44,287 nt of DNA, taken from a virus. The notes beneath the pieces are model-generated. The model searched no databases. It had not been told where the DNA came from and worked only from the letters and a program-made list of their open reading frames with translations. A program made the position numbers and the translations under genes. Where the stretch lies: the IMG/VR virus record IMGVR_UViG_3300037467_000513. One strand, written 5' to 3'. Positions 15,927-23,068 of the stretch are shown piece after piece. How positions within the stretch are numbered: position 1 is the first letter of the stretch; every line of letters starts with the position of its first letter.

Positions 15927-16293
15927 GGTTGCGTACCCCTTGCTTGTTGAAACTGACAGGCTGGCCGGTACGCCGATCTACTAATCCGCCGCCTATACGT
16001 GCCTTGAATTTCGACTTGTCGTAGAAGCCGCGAGAGGGCTTCCTGATTCCGAGATGCTTGTTTCGCACTCGGTTACACTTGGCGATGATCGCCTTGTCCT
16101 CTTTCGTCTTGACCTTATGACAATCGACGTGCGCGGGCCGTAGGTTCGCCCAATCGTCCCGGCCACTAATCTCCCGCGCTTCAACGTGCTCCACTTCCCA
16201 CGCCTCGCCACGGCCTGCATTGATCGTGCAGCCGCAGAGGTAGCAGCGGCCGCCGTGCTCAAGGAAAAGCTCGGCGCGCTGGTTGCGGGTCAG
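15904..16293 (-). CDS. HNH endonuclease (start codon unresolved; CTG 16293 proposed)
   Basis: The frame is open from 16350. It encodes ...[67 protein letters not shown]. The first ATG/GTG/TTG is GTG 16194, which would delete the first CxxC. Confidence 0.6.
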   Translation of the reverse strand: MTRNQRAELFLEHGGRCYLCGCTINAGRGEAWEVEHVEAREISGRDDWANLRPAHVDCHKVKTKEDKAIIAKCNRVRNKHLGIRKPSRGFYDKSKFKARIGGGLVDRRTGQPVSFNKQGVRNHGSTDRS

Positions 16294-16315
16294 GGACTTC
16301 GCGGGTGCTGTTGGC

Positions 16316-16516
16316 TCATGCGGCCTCCCACTTCGCCATGTCGCGCAACGTCACCGCTGCCGCTTCCAGCGCCGGCAAACGATCCTCTGCGACATGCAGA
16401 TCCATTTCATTGCGGCGCTTGGAAGTAACCAGATTCCGCAGATTATCGACATGGCCCCGCAGATTGGCGGCGGCAGTCTCCACGGCGTTAGCCTGTGCAT
16501 CGAGACTGATCCTCAT
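16316..16516 (-). CDS. Hypothetical coiled-coil protein
   Basis: 66-aa ORF. ATGA overlap with the ninB stop. Confidence 0.55.
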   Translation of the reverse strand: MRISLDAQANAVETAAANLRGHVDNLRNLVTSKRRNEMDLHVAEDRLPALEAAAVTLRDMAKWEAA

Positions 16517-16905
16517 GGCATCACCGGATCATTGAACGTGATGCCGTGCTTAGCTCCGAATGCCGCGATCAATTCCATCAGATCTGTCATTTCATCCTTG
16601 GACAGATCAGACGATGACCGCCCCAGGTTCACAAATCCGGTCCCCTCAAGGTTCGGCACCATGCGAAGTTCGCGCTTCAAGGCATCCAGAAAAATCAGTT
16701 TCCAGTCGTCCGGCGTCAATTTTACGCCATGCCACGGTAGTTGCGCCGCAACTTCGGTCAGCATCGCCCACATGCGATCGTTCTGCGGCAAGGATCGGCG
16801 CGGGGCCTTGAACTCAAGGCGCGTCCCGGCCGGGGCTTGCGTCAGCCAACGCATTGCCCGTTGCGTGTCGTCCTTACCGTTCAAAGTGATCAGCGCGCGC
16901 GTCAT
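16513..16905 (-). CDS. ninB: NinB/Orf-family recombination mediator
   Basis: 130 aa. ...PRRSLPQNDRMWAMLTEVAAQLPWHGVKLTPDDWKLIFLDALK...GFVNLGRSSSDLSKDEMTDLMELIAAFGAKHGITF fits NinB. Confidence 0.8.
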   Translation of the reverse strand: MTRALITLNGKDDTQRAMRWLTQAPAGTRLEFKAPRRSLPQNDRMWAMLTEVAAQLPWHGVKLTPDDWKLIFLDALKRELRMVPNLEGTGFVNLGRSSSDLSKDEMTDLMELIAAFGAKHGITFNDPVMP

Positions 16906-16912
16906 GTTTCAC

Positions 16913-17167
16913 CTAGAATGGAATCCGATCCCCGTTCATGTCGTCGCCGGCATCAGAACTCTGGCGCTGTTGCTGGCCATCTTTCGGCTTGATCGAGAAC
17001 GACAGCGCCGGAGCCTTGGCGGACTGATCCGCCCGGCGCTTCCATGCCGATACCCAATATTCGACGCCACCCACGTTCAGGCTGCCCTTGAAATCGGGAT
17101 GCTTGTCGTTTTGCTTGTCATCGTTCTTCCAGATCGCGCCGCGATTGGTGTTGTCGCGCTCAGTCAT
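16913..17167 (-). CDS. DUF736-like small protein with SSB-type acidic C-terminal tip (...DDMNGDRIPF)
   Basis: 84 aa. The core GAIWKNDDKQNDKHPDFKGSLNVGGVEYWVSAWKRR...ALSFSIKPK resembles DUF736. The last residues are D-R-I-P-F, preceded by acidic residues. Confidence 0.55.
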   Translation of the reverse strand: MTERDNTNRGAIWKNDDKQNDKHPDFKGSLNVGGVEYWVSAWKRRADQSAKAPALSFSIKPKDGQQQRQSSDAGDDMNGDRIPF

Positions 17168-17880
17168 TAGCCAGCCATCCTGTGTTCGTCGGCAATTTCC
17201 ATATTGCGAAGCGCATCCCGATGCTCGGCAAAGACGCCGCGCAAAAATTCCTGCCAGTCTGGCTTGAGACTGCCGAGCCGGTCCTTGTTATCGGCCGCCC
17301 ATTTATTCAGTTCCGGCAGCGATCCTGTCGCGTGAATTTCCTTTTGCATCGCGTCGAAGATCGGGCGCTGATCAACAACGCGAAGTTTCTTCACCGACGA
17401 CGGGTCCGGCAACGGAATGTTGTCCACCGGGTTGCCGTGCTGATCGTATTCAGTCGCCGGGACGATCTCCTCCGGCCGCGTCACATGCGGATTGCGCCGG
17501 CCCTCGGCAAATTCGTCGGCTTCGGCTTCCGAATAAAGTTCGCCATGCGATGCCAGCAGCTTGAGGATCACGCGATCCTTGGCCCGCTTTTCTGCCATCG
17601 CATAGCAATAGGCATTCTTGTTATTCTTTGGTGACGCCTCGCCAATCGACCACTCGGAGCGTTCATTCAGCTTGCCGTAGACGATAATCGAGGCAATACC
17701 CTTTTCGGAATTTGTTTCGATCATGGTGGGTTGACCCCAAACAACGCCCTGCTCGGCAGCGACGCGCTCAAGTGCCTTGTGCTTCACCACCCAGGTTGAG
17801 CCGTGAACTTCCCAAATCTCGTCGGAATCGATATTGTATTTAGCCATGAACTCCATGACCTGTTTTGACGGCTTGCCCAT
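17167..17880 (-). CDS. Hypothetical protein (possible ssDNA-annealing/recombination protein, weak)
   Basis: 237 aa. Lies next to the SSB-tip protein, NinB and RusA. ...NAYCYAMAEKRAKDRVILKLL... loosely recalls ERF/Rad52-type motifs. Not verified. Confidence 0.3.
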   Translation of the reverse strand: MGKPSKQVMEFMAKYNIDSDEIWEVHGSTWVVKHKALERVAAEQGVVWGQPTMIETNSEKGIASIIVYGKLNERSEWSIGEASPKNNKNAYCYAMAEKRAKDRVILKLLASHGELYSEAEADEFAEGRRNPHVTRPEEIVPATEYDQHGNPVDNIPLPDPSSVKKLRVVDQRPIFDAMQKEIHATGSLPELNKWAADNKDRLGSLKPDWQEFLRGVFAEHRDALRNMEIADEHRMAG

Positions 17881-18089
17881 TACTTCCCTCCCAAATCATC
17901 CAGTATGCGCGACAGACGGTCCCGCTCACGTTCGATATTGATCAGCGCCGACGTGTCGATCAGATGTGCCCGGCAAGCATTGGACTTGCGAAGGTCATCC
18001 AGATCGGACACCGCCATGAACAGATTGCGGATGGCGTGATCCGCCTTGAACTCAGTCGTTTCCATTGGATCGATTACCGCTGTACTCAT
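17880..18089 (-). CDS. Hypothetical protein
   Basis: 69-aa ORF. ATGA overlap with the rusA stop. Confidence 0.55.
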   Translation of the reverse strand: MSTAVIDPMETTEFKADHAIRNLFMAVSDLDDLRKSNACRAHLIDTSALINIERERDRLSRILDDLGGK

Positions 18090-18550
18090 GCGCTTATCCT
18101 CTCCGGTTGATCGTTGGTTTCGTCCGTCACCGCGCCGATGATCGGCTTGACCGTCACCGTCACGAATGCTTGCGTCCCGTACCGCTTGCTGCCGGTAATC
18201 TCGGTGATCTGGCTGTCATCGCGGTAGACAATGCCGTTCAGCGAATCCGCCACGGCCTTAATCAGATTGTCAGCATCGGGCTTTACCGTGGGACGAATGA
18301 CACCAAGCAAGGCATCCATCCGCTTTTTCTCGGTCCAGCTTTTCGGTATCTCGAACACGGCGCGAAAATACATCTGCACCGGGCCGTCAATCGGCTGGCG
18401 CGATCCCATTTCGGCCTTTGCCGTTTTCGCTACCGCCTGCTCATAGCTGCGCGTCTTGTCCGGCGTGTAGGCATGACCGCCGCGCGTAAAGCGTGGCCTG
18501 CCCTTGCCGACCGGCGCACCCATGACAACGATGGTCACCGGCTCCGTCAT
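18086..18550 (-). CDS. rusA: RusA Holliday-junction resolvase
   Basis: 154 aa from ATG 18550. Motifs: VMGAPVGKGRPRF...KPDADNLIKAVADSLNGIVYRDDSQI. The longer 227-aa ORF-track version has an implausible R/P/S-rich N-terminus. Confidence 0.85.
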   Translation of the reverse strand: MTEPVTIVVMGAPVGKGRPRFTRGGHAYTPDKTRSYEQAVAKTAKAEMGSRQPIDGPVQMYFRAVFEIPKSWTEKKRMDALLGVIRPTVKPDADNLIKAVADSLNGIVYRDDSQITEITGSKRYGTQAFVTVTVKPIIGAVTDETNDQPERISA

Positions 18551-18735
18551 GCCGATTGTCTCGTTTCCTTGCGAAGCTGCTTCGCAATGAAGGGTTTTAG
18601 CGCGGCGATCAGTTCCCCGCGACGGATGGAGCGCGCGGGCTCGACCTCGATCAGTGCGCGGAGGTGCGCGATCTTGTGATGCAGCGGAAGGCGCGCGATG
18701 CGATGGAGAACCTGGGCAATCGGAGGCTTGGTCAT
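18547..18735 (-). CDS. Hypothetical protein
   Basis: 62-aa ORF coupled by ATGA overlaps at both ends. Confidence 0.5.
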   Translation of the reverse strand: MTKPPIAQVLHRIARLPLHHKIAHLRALIEVEPARSIRRGELIAALKPFIAKQLRKETRQSA

Positions 18736-19259
18736 TCTGGCACCGCGAATTGAGAGACAATTTCGTCAACCGTTGCTTTCAATTCCAAATCACCAGCCGC
18801 GATCAGCTTTCCAATCTTTTGGAATGAATGCAGCGATGTGGTGTGATCCCGTCCGCCAAGAAACATTCCAATTTGCGGAAACGACAACTCTGTTATTGAG
18901 CGCGCGATGTAGACCGCAACCATGCGCGGACGAACGCATTTGGCCTCACGGCTTTTGGAGCGAAGATCATTTGGCGTTTGTCCATAGTATCTGGCGACGG
19001 CACGGATAATGTTGTGCATCGTCGGGACGGGCCTATCGTCAATCATTCGAAACCAGATCGGGCTCGTTGACGACGACTCTGAAATTGGAGCCACGTCCAC
19101 CTTCGCCTCTGGATAATCTTCGAGACCTATCCCGATGATGAATTGCGGCACGACGGCCAGCGACAATTTCTCCGGCTCAGGCGCTGGCCTCGCGTAGCAC
19201 CCAAGACGCTCGCGCCTCGCTCTAATTTCTGTGCGCGTCGGAATGTGCTCGATATTCAT
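18732..19259 (-). CDS. DnaA domain-IV-like (Bac_DnaA_C) DNA-binding protein
   Basis: 175 aa. The C-terminal part ...RPRMVAVYIARSITELSFPQIGMFLGGRDHTTSLHSFQKI... matches the DnaA C-terminal HTH signature. Confidence 0.65.
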   Translation of the reverse strand: MNIEHIPTRTEIRARRERLGCYARPAPEPEKLSLAVVPQFIIGIGLEDYPEAKVDVAPISESSSTSPIWFRMIDDRPVPTMHNIIRAVARYYGQTPNDLRSKSREAKCVRPRMVAVYIARSITELSFPQIGMFLGGRDHTTSLHSFQKIGKLIAAGDLELKATVDEIVSQFAVPE

Positions 19260-19262
19260 CGT

Positions 19263-19790
19263 TTACTCCTTACTCTCGCCCAAGTGAGCATCCACATGCG
19301 GCACGCTAGGCGCGCCCCGATCCATGCGCCGATAGATGGCCACGAAGTCGCCAATTGGCTTTCCCGCTTCCTTCCGCGCATTGACAACTTCAAAGAGTTC
19401 TTCAAGAAACTGGCGATACAGTCGCGATGCTTCAGCCCGCGCCTCAAGGATCGGCAGCATCTTGACGAGGAAGTAGTCTGGATCGTCCTTAGTTACTTCA
19501 CTCTTTGGGCGTTTGTCGTCTTCAATGGTGATTTCACCCGCGACAGTTTTTGCAATGACATCGCGGACAAATTCATTGTCCTCAAACCATTCCTTGTATT
19601 TGCGGTGTTCAGCACAGATTGTGTGGAGGTGCCGCTCAAGCGCGCGCGAGCCATCCACAATGGCTATCGCCGTCAACTTCTCAAGGTCATTCGACCGAAG
19701 TCCCGCGAGGCGCTCTTCCGGTTTGGTTGTAAAGCCGATCTTGACGCGACCCGGCGCGCCAACAAAATAGACTTTCCCGGCCCTGCTCAT
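19263..19790 (-). CDS. T5orf172 / GIY-YIG-like domain protein (copy 1)
   Basis: 175 aa. VYFVGAPGRVKIGFTTKPEERLAGLRS...ALERHLHTICAEHRKYKEWFE. Confidence 0.65.
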   Translation of the reverse strand: MSRAGKVYFVGAPGRVKIGFTTKPEERLAGLRSNDLEKLTAIAIVDGSRALERHLHTICAEHRKYKEWFEDNEFVRDVIAKTVAGEITIEDDKRPKSEVTKDDPDYFLVKMLPILEARAEASRLYRQFLEELFEVVNARKEAGKPIGDFVAIYRRMDRGAPSVPHVDAHLGESKE

Positions 19791-20143
19791 TGCGCCGCCC
19801 TCAAGATTTCTTTCGCCGCGACCACCTGAGCTTCAGCCGCTTGCAGATCGTCGTCACGATGGTCTGTGCCAACTTGGCGAGCGATGGTGATTTCATGCTC
19901 CAACCTGATGATTTCGTTTTGCAGGACGGAAACGAACTCGGCGCGGATGCGCGCCATCAGCCACGCCGGGACAATTTTCGTCCGAAAGCGGCGGATGTTT
20001 TCGAGAGTTCCGGGTGAGGTACGCAATCGACGTGCGAGGCTGATACGCGCCTCCGTCGTGCGAACACCCAAGCGCTTTGCTTCAGCGTTTTCCAACGTTC
20101 TGGCAAAGCGATGAACCGCTTCAATGTCGGTCATGGCGTTCAT
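19787..20143 (-). CDS. Hypothetical protein
   Basis: 118 aa from ATG 20143, with GGAGAG 9 nt upstream. The ORF track extends the ORF to 20218. ATGA overlap with the downstream gene. Confidence 0.55.
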   Translation of the reverse strand: MNAMTDIEAVHRFARTLENAEAKRLGVRTTEARISLARRLRTSPGTLENIRRFRTKIVPAWLMARIRAEFVSVLQNEIIRLEHEITIARQVGTDHRDDDLQAAEAQVVAAKEILRAAQ

Positions 20144-20274
20144 TTGGATATTCTCTCCATCGCGGATGGACACTTTGACTTTCCTTTCCATGCTCAGTTG
20201 CGAACATGAGAAAGGCACTCAACGACAACGAACCACTGACATTCACGACGCTCTCGGCGGCAACCGAACGCGCG

Positions 20275-20568
20275 TTAGCCAAACTTCACCGCGATCCCGG
20301 CAAGGATCAGCGGAGTGAGAAACAGAATTCCGATGACATAAAAGACAACGCTGTCGCGAAACTCGGCATCGCCATGGTCGCGACTGGATAGGAATGATGC
20401 GCCGTCGTTTTCTTCGACCCGAGACGGCGCGACCGGGACCAACAGCCGGGGAGGAACGGCTCGAAGCTGAATTGCAGGATTGCGCGAAGCCCCCTCGCGC
20501 ATGTGAGAGCGGCCGGGTTGATAGTCCCCCGTGGCCCGGCCGCTCGTCTTTTCGAATTGGATCAGCAT
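20275..20568 (-). CDS. Hypothetical C-terminally membrane-anchored protein
   Basis: 97 aa ending in the hydrophobic stretch VVFYVIGILFLTPLILAGIAV. Confidence 0.5.
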   Translation of the reverse strand: MLIQFEKTSGRATGDYQPGRSHMREGASRNPAIQLRAVPPRLLVPVAPSRVEENDGASFLSSRDHGDAEFRDSVVFYVIGILFLTPLILAGIAVKFG

Positions 20569-20720
20569 GGCTTAGCAACCTCGCTGTTTGCGGCTTGCCG
20601 CAGCATCTCAATGAGGTGGTCGGCTTCCGAGCGGCGTTGCGTTACCCCGGAGCGCATCAGATGTTGCGCGTTTAACCGCGCGGAAAGGACTTGCAATGCG
20701 GCGCGTTGCATGGAGGTCAT
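20562..20720 (-). CDS. Small hypothetical protein (52 aa, below ORF-track cutoff)
   Basis: Hand translation gives MTSMQRAALQVLSARLNAQHLMRSGVTQRRSEADHLIEMLRQAANSEVAKPC. ATGA overlap upstream and ATGCTGA overlap downstream. Confidence 0.4.
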   Translation of the reverse strand: MTSMQRAALQVLSARLNAQHLMRSGVTQRRSEADHLIEMLRQAANSEVAKPC

Positions 20721-20962
20721 TGCAGGCCCCACGTTTGCGAGGTTTCGGCAAACAGACCGTCTTGCGCTGCGACCAATCCGCCAACTGCGATTGCGTTCTC
20801 GGCTGAACGGCGCCCTACTTGTTTGCCGCCGGGTTCGAGAAAAAAAACGACCTCAGTGTCGCCGGTTTCAGTCTGGCGATTGAAGCGACAGAGGCGCTTA
20901 CCGGAGCGACATTGCTCAACGATATGTTCAGCGCGTTTCCAGAGTTTCGGGGCTCTGCTCAT
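20717..20962 (-). CDS. Hypothetical protein
   Basis: 81-aa ORF. ATGA overlap with the upstream gene. Confidence 0.55.
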   Translation of the reverse strand: MSRAPKLWKRAEHIVEQCRSGKRLCRFNRQTETGDTEVVFFLEPGGKQVGRRSAENAIAVGGLVAAQDGLFAETSQTWGLQ

Positions 20963-21174
20963 GACGCCAACGCCTCCGCAAGGTTACGTTGCTCAATTAG
21001 GGATTCACGAAAGTACAGGATGCGATTGTCGGGAGCGCAGATCGCGGTATCACAATCGTTCCAGCGCTCAGCGACGGACACGCGATGACGACGAGCATCA
21101 TTTACGGATCGGAATGTTTCTCCGTCAGACCACCACTGGTCCTTGATGACGATGACCACGCGGTATCCACTCAT
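20959..21174 (-). CDS. Hypothetical protein
   Basis: 71-aa ORF coupled by ATGA overlaps at both ends. Confidence 0.55.
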   Translation of the reverse strand: MSGYRVVIVIKDQWWSDGETFRSVNDARRHRVSVAERWNDCDTAICAPDNRILYFRESLIEQRNLAEALAS

Positions 21175-21257
21175 CCCCGCACCTCATCGATCAGCGCCCA
21201 TGCGAAGAGCGCGACAAGGACGACAAGCGCGATGTTGGCGAGGGTGTCGAAGGTCAT
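21171..21257 (-). CDS. 28-aa single-pass hydrophobic peptide (below ORF-track cutoff)
   Basis: Hand translation gives MTFDTLANIALVVLVALFAWALIDEVRG. Exact ATGA overlaps with both neighbouring genes. Confidence 0.45.
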   Translation of the reverse strand: MTFDTLANIALVVLVALFAWALIDEVRG

Positions 21258-22276
21258 GACGCCGCCCTTTCATGCGAGGGGGTGGAGAAACGAGCCGCAA
21301 CAATTGCATCGCGCTCTGCCTTCGGAAAGCCGCTTAAAAGCAACTTGCGACGGAGCTTGAACTTGGGCGATTTGCGATATCGATCAGAGGCGGCCTTAAG
21401 GGCGGCTTTGGTCTGCTCTGGCGTGGTGCTGGTTTGACGCGAGCTCGCTTTTCGTGTCCGCGCGCCGGACTTCACATCATGCCAATAGTCCTGAATATTG
21501 GTGATGCCAGACGCGATGTAGACATTCCCGACAGCATAGGCGCCGGTATCGCCATTGCGGCACATCTGATACCCGGCACCACGGCCGCGATCATCCCAAT
21601 GGCCGGAATGTTGCCAGATGCCCCACCACTGCCAGAGGTTCAATTCCCACGCGATACCGCGCTCAGCCGCGTTCTTTTTCTGGCACGAGAAAGCTCGTGT
21701 CGGCATTCGCATACTACGAAGGGCAACGTACTGATCCCAGCTACATCCCCACTTCGCCAAGGATTTTTGATTGCGCCGAGTTTCAAAGCGGCGGCGCTTC
21801 TCCTCGGCCTTAAAGTGCTGGCCGCCGTCCGCCCAATTCATTCCAAAATGCTTGGTGAGGATCTGCCGAACACGTTCACGCGTTATCGAGAATTTCTCGC
21901 CAATCGCTTGAAGGGTGTTTCCCGCCTTGTAGAGCGCGGCCATTTCTTGGGCGCGCGGGCTAACCTTTGTTTCGGCGCCGGTATAGGGCTGGCGAGGAAA
22001 TTTGATGCCGTATTGCTTCGCCAACCGGCAGATGTATCCGTATTGGATGCCGGTTTCTTGCGCTACTTGCCGCCGCGTGAGCCCCCGTGCCGCAAGATGT
22101 CGAAGATGATCGATCTTGCTCTCGCTCGACTTGCGGACCTGCACCCGCGCGTGTCGCGCGAGAACGTCAACGTAGTACGGCCCGATATTCAGAACCCAAG
22201 CGATCTCGGTTCGATTAAGGCCAGCGCTCGCGAACTCGGCAACGCTGGCAACATTGGTTGCGAACTGCCCAGTCAT
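21254..22276 (-). CDS. Multi-HTH DNA-binding regulator candidate
   Basis: 340 aa. At least three HTH-like segments: GLNRTEIAWVLNIG, GLTRRQVAQETGIQYGYICRLAKQYGI and GNTLQAIGEKFSITRERVRQIL (sigma-70 region-4-like). Also a W-rich C-terminal domain. Second gene of the early operon. Confidence 0.5.
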   Translation of the reverse strand: MTGQFATNVASVAEFASAGLNRTEIAWVLNIGPYYVDVLARHARVQVRKSSESKIDHLRHLAARGLTRRQVAQETGIQYGYICRLAKQYGIKFPRQPYTGAETKVSPRAQEMAALYKAGNTLQAIGEKFSITRERVRQILTKHFGMNWADGGQHFKAEEKRRRFETRRNQKSLAKWGCSWDQYVALRSMRMPTRAFSCQKKNAAERGIAWELNLWQWWGIWQHSGHWDDRGRGAGYQMCRNGDTGAYAVGNVYIASGITNIQDYWHDVKSGARTRKASSRQTSTTPEQTKAALKAASDRYRKSPKFKLRRKLLLSGFPKAERDAIVAARFSTPSHERAAS

Positions 22277-22467
22277 GCGGCACTCCGGGAATGCGAACGC
22301 ATGAAGTCGCGAATTTGCTGCTCAGTATCGGGCCAGATGCGCCGACCGGCGCGAAGTCGCTCGACAAGACGGCCATTCTTGACGGCGAGAATCCCAAAGC
22401 GATGCGGGCCGATCTTATTCAGCCGCATGTACCGCTCGATTTCTGTAAGCAGGGTGTTTTTGCTCAT
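22273..22467 (-). CDS. Cro-like small DNA-binding protein (first early gene)
   Basis: 64 aa from ATG 22467. The GTG 22509 start in the ORF track would lie inside the operators. Divergent from the repressor gene. No SD, and it sits very close to the predicted -10. Confidence 0.55.
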   Translation of the reverse strand: MSKNTLLTEIERYMRLNKIGPHRFGILAVKNGRLVERLRAGRRIWPDTEQQIRDFMRSHSRSAA

Positions 22468-22477
22468 GATAAGGAGC

Positions 22478-22522
22478 CGTGTAACACGCTTTAGCGTGCT
22501 AGTCAACACACGCTATAACGTG
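22478..22522. promoter_or_regulatory. Immunity-switch operators O1/O2 and leftward promoter (OR/PR-like)
   Basis: O1 is CACGCTTTAGCGTG (22485..22498). O2 is CACGCTATAACGTG (22509..22522). On the minus strand: TTGACT (22506..22501), 2 nt, O1, 1 nt, TACACG (22483..22478). Confidence 0.6.
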
Positions 22523-22551
22523 CCGCCAGTTCCCGCGCGGCGTGCTACAAA

Positions 22552-22902
22552 ATGCGTATGAATCAGGACTGGTACGGCAGGTTTGTTGGCGCGATCCGCA
22601 AGGATGGGCGCGACCTAAAGACGATCAGCAAGGCGGCTGGTTGCGGGCCGAACTATGTTCAACAGATCATCAAGGACAACAAGCGGCCGACCGTGGATCG
22701 GTTTATGGCTATTCTCCACGTGCTCGGAAGCCCGTCAGCCCTCTACGTTCTTACCGGGCACGAGCCGAGCCCGGATGATGAAGATTTCATTCGCCTGTTT
22801 TCTGGCCTAGATCCGAAACTCCGGGCGGAAGCGCATCGTTTTTTCCGCGCACTACAAGATCGGCCAGGTACTCAAGGGCCTTCCGACGAGCCTCAGAATT
22901 AA
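22552..22902 (+). CDS. CI-like repressor (XRE-family HTH)
   Basis: 116 aa. HTH segment LKTISKAAGCGPNYVQQIIKDNKRPTVDRFMAIL. Divergent from the Cro-like gene across the operators. Confidence 0.7.
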   Translation: MRMNQDWYGRFVGAIRKDGRDLKTISKAAGCGPNYVQQIIKDNKRPTVDRFMAILHVLGSPSALYVLTGHEPSPDDEDFIRLFSGLDPKLRAEAHRFFRALQDRPGTQGPSDEPQN

Positions 22903-23068
22903 GTTTTAGCCATTCGTCGTATAGCGCGAGCAGTTCATACATATCTGACCCCGGCCCCAAATGGATGTTCTCTATTCGTTCATGCAATCAGAAGGTGGTT
23001 ATATTTTCAAGGATAGAAATCCTAAAATTAAAGAAGTTCGCAAAATAAATGTTTAAGGGATCGTGAAA

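Noticed and set aside
18086-18769. Long ORF-track versions with extended N-termini: RusA 227 aa, 35302..35877 (191 aa), 26474..27223 (249 aa), 28040..28798 (252 aa), 24340..24918, 30164..30751, 32163..32936 and 33112..33519.
   Set aside because: The extensions overlap the preceding gene extensively and translate to R/P/S/G-rich junk. Internal ATGs that form ATGA/TGATG junctions with the upstream stop give family-consistent N-termini.
22787-22987. 66-aa minus-strand ORF overlapping the 3' end of the CI-like gene; its product looks helical (DEWLKLNSEARRKALEYLADL).
   Set aside because: It is the antisense image of the amphipathic C-terminal helix of the repressor (FIRLFSGLDPKLRAEAHRFFRALQ), which matches the usual C-terminus of small XRE repressors. 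It has no SD and no coupling, and its start lies in the AT-rich spacer. Most likely a shadow ORF.
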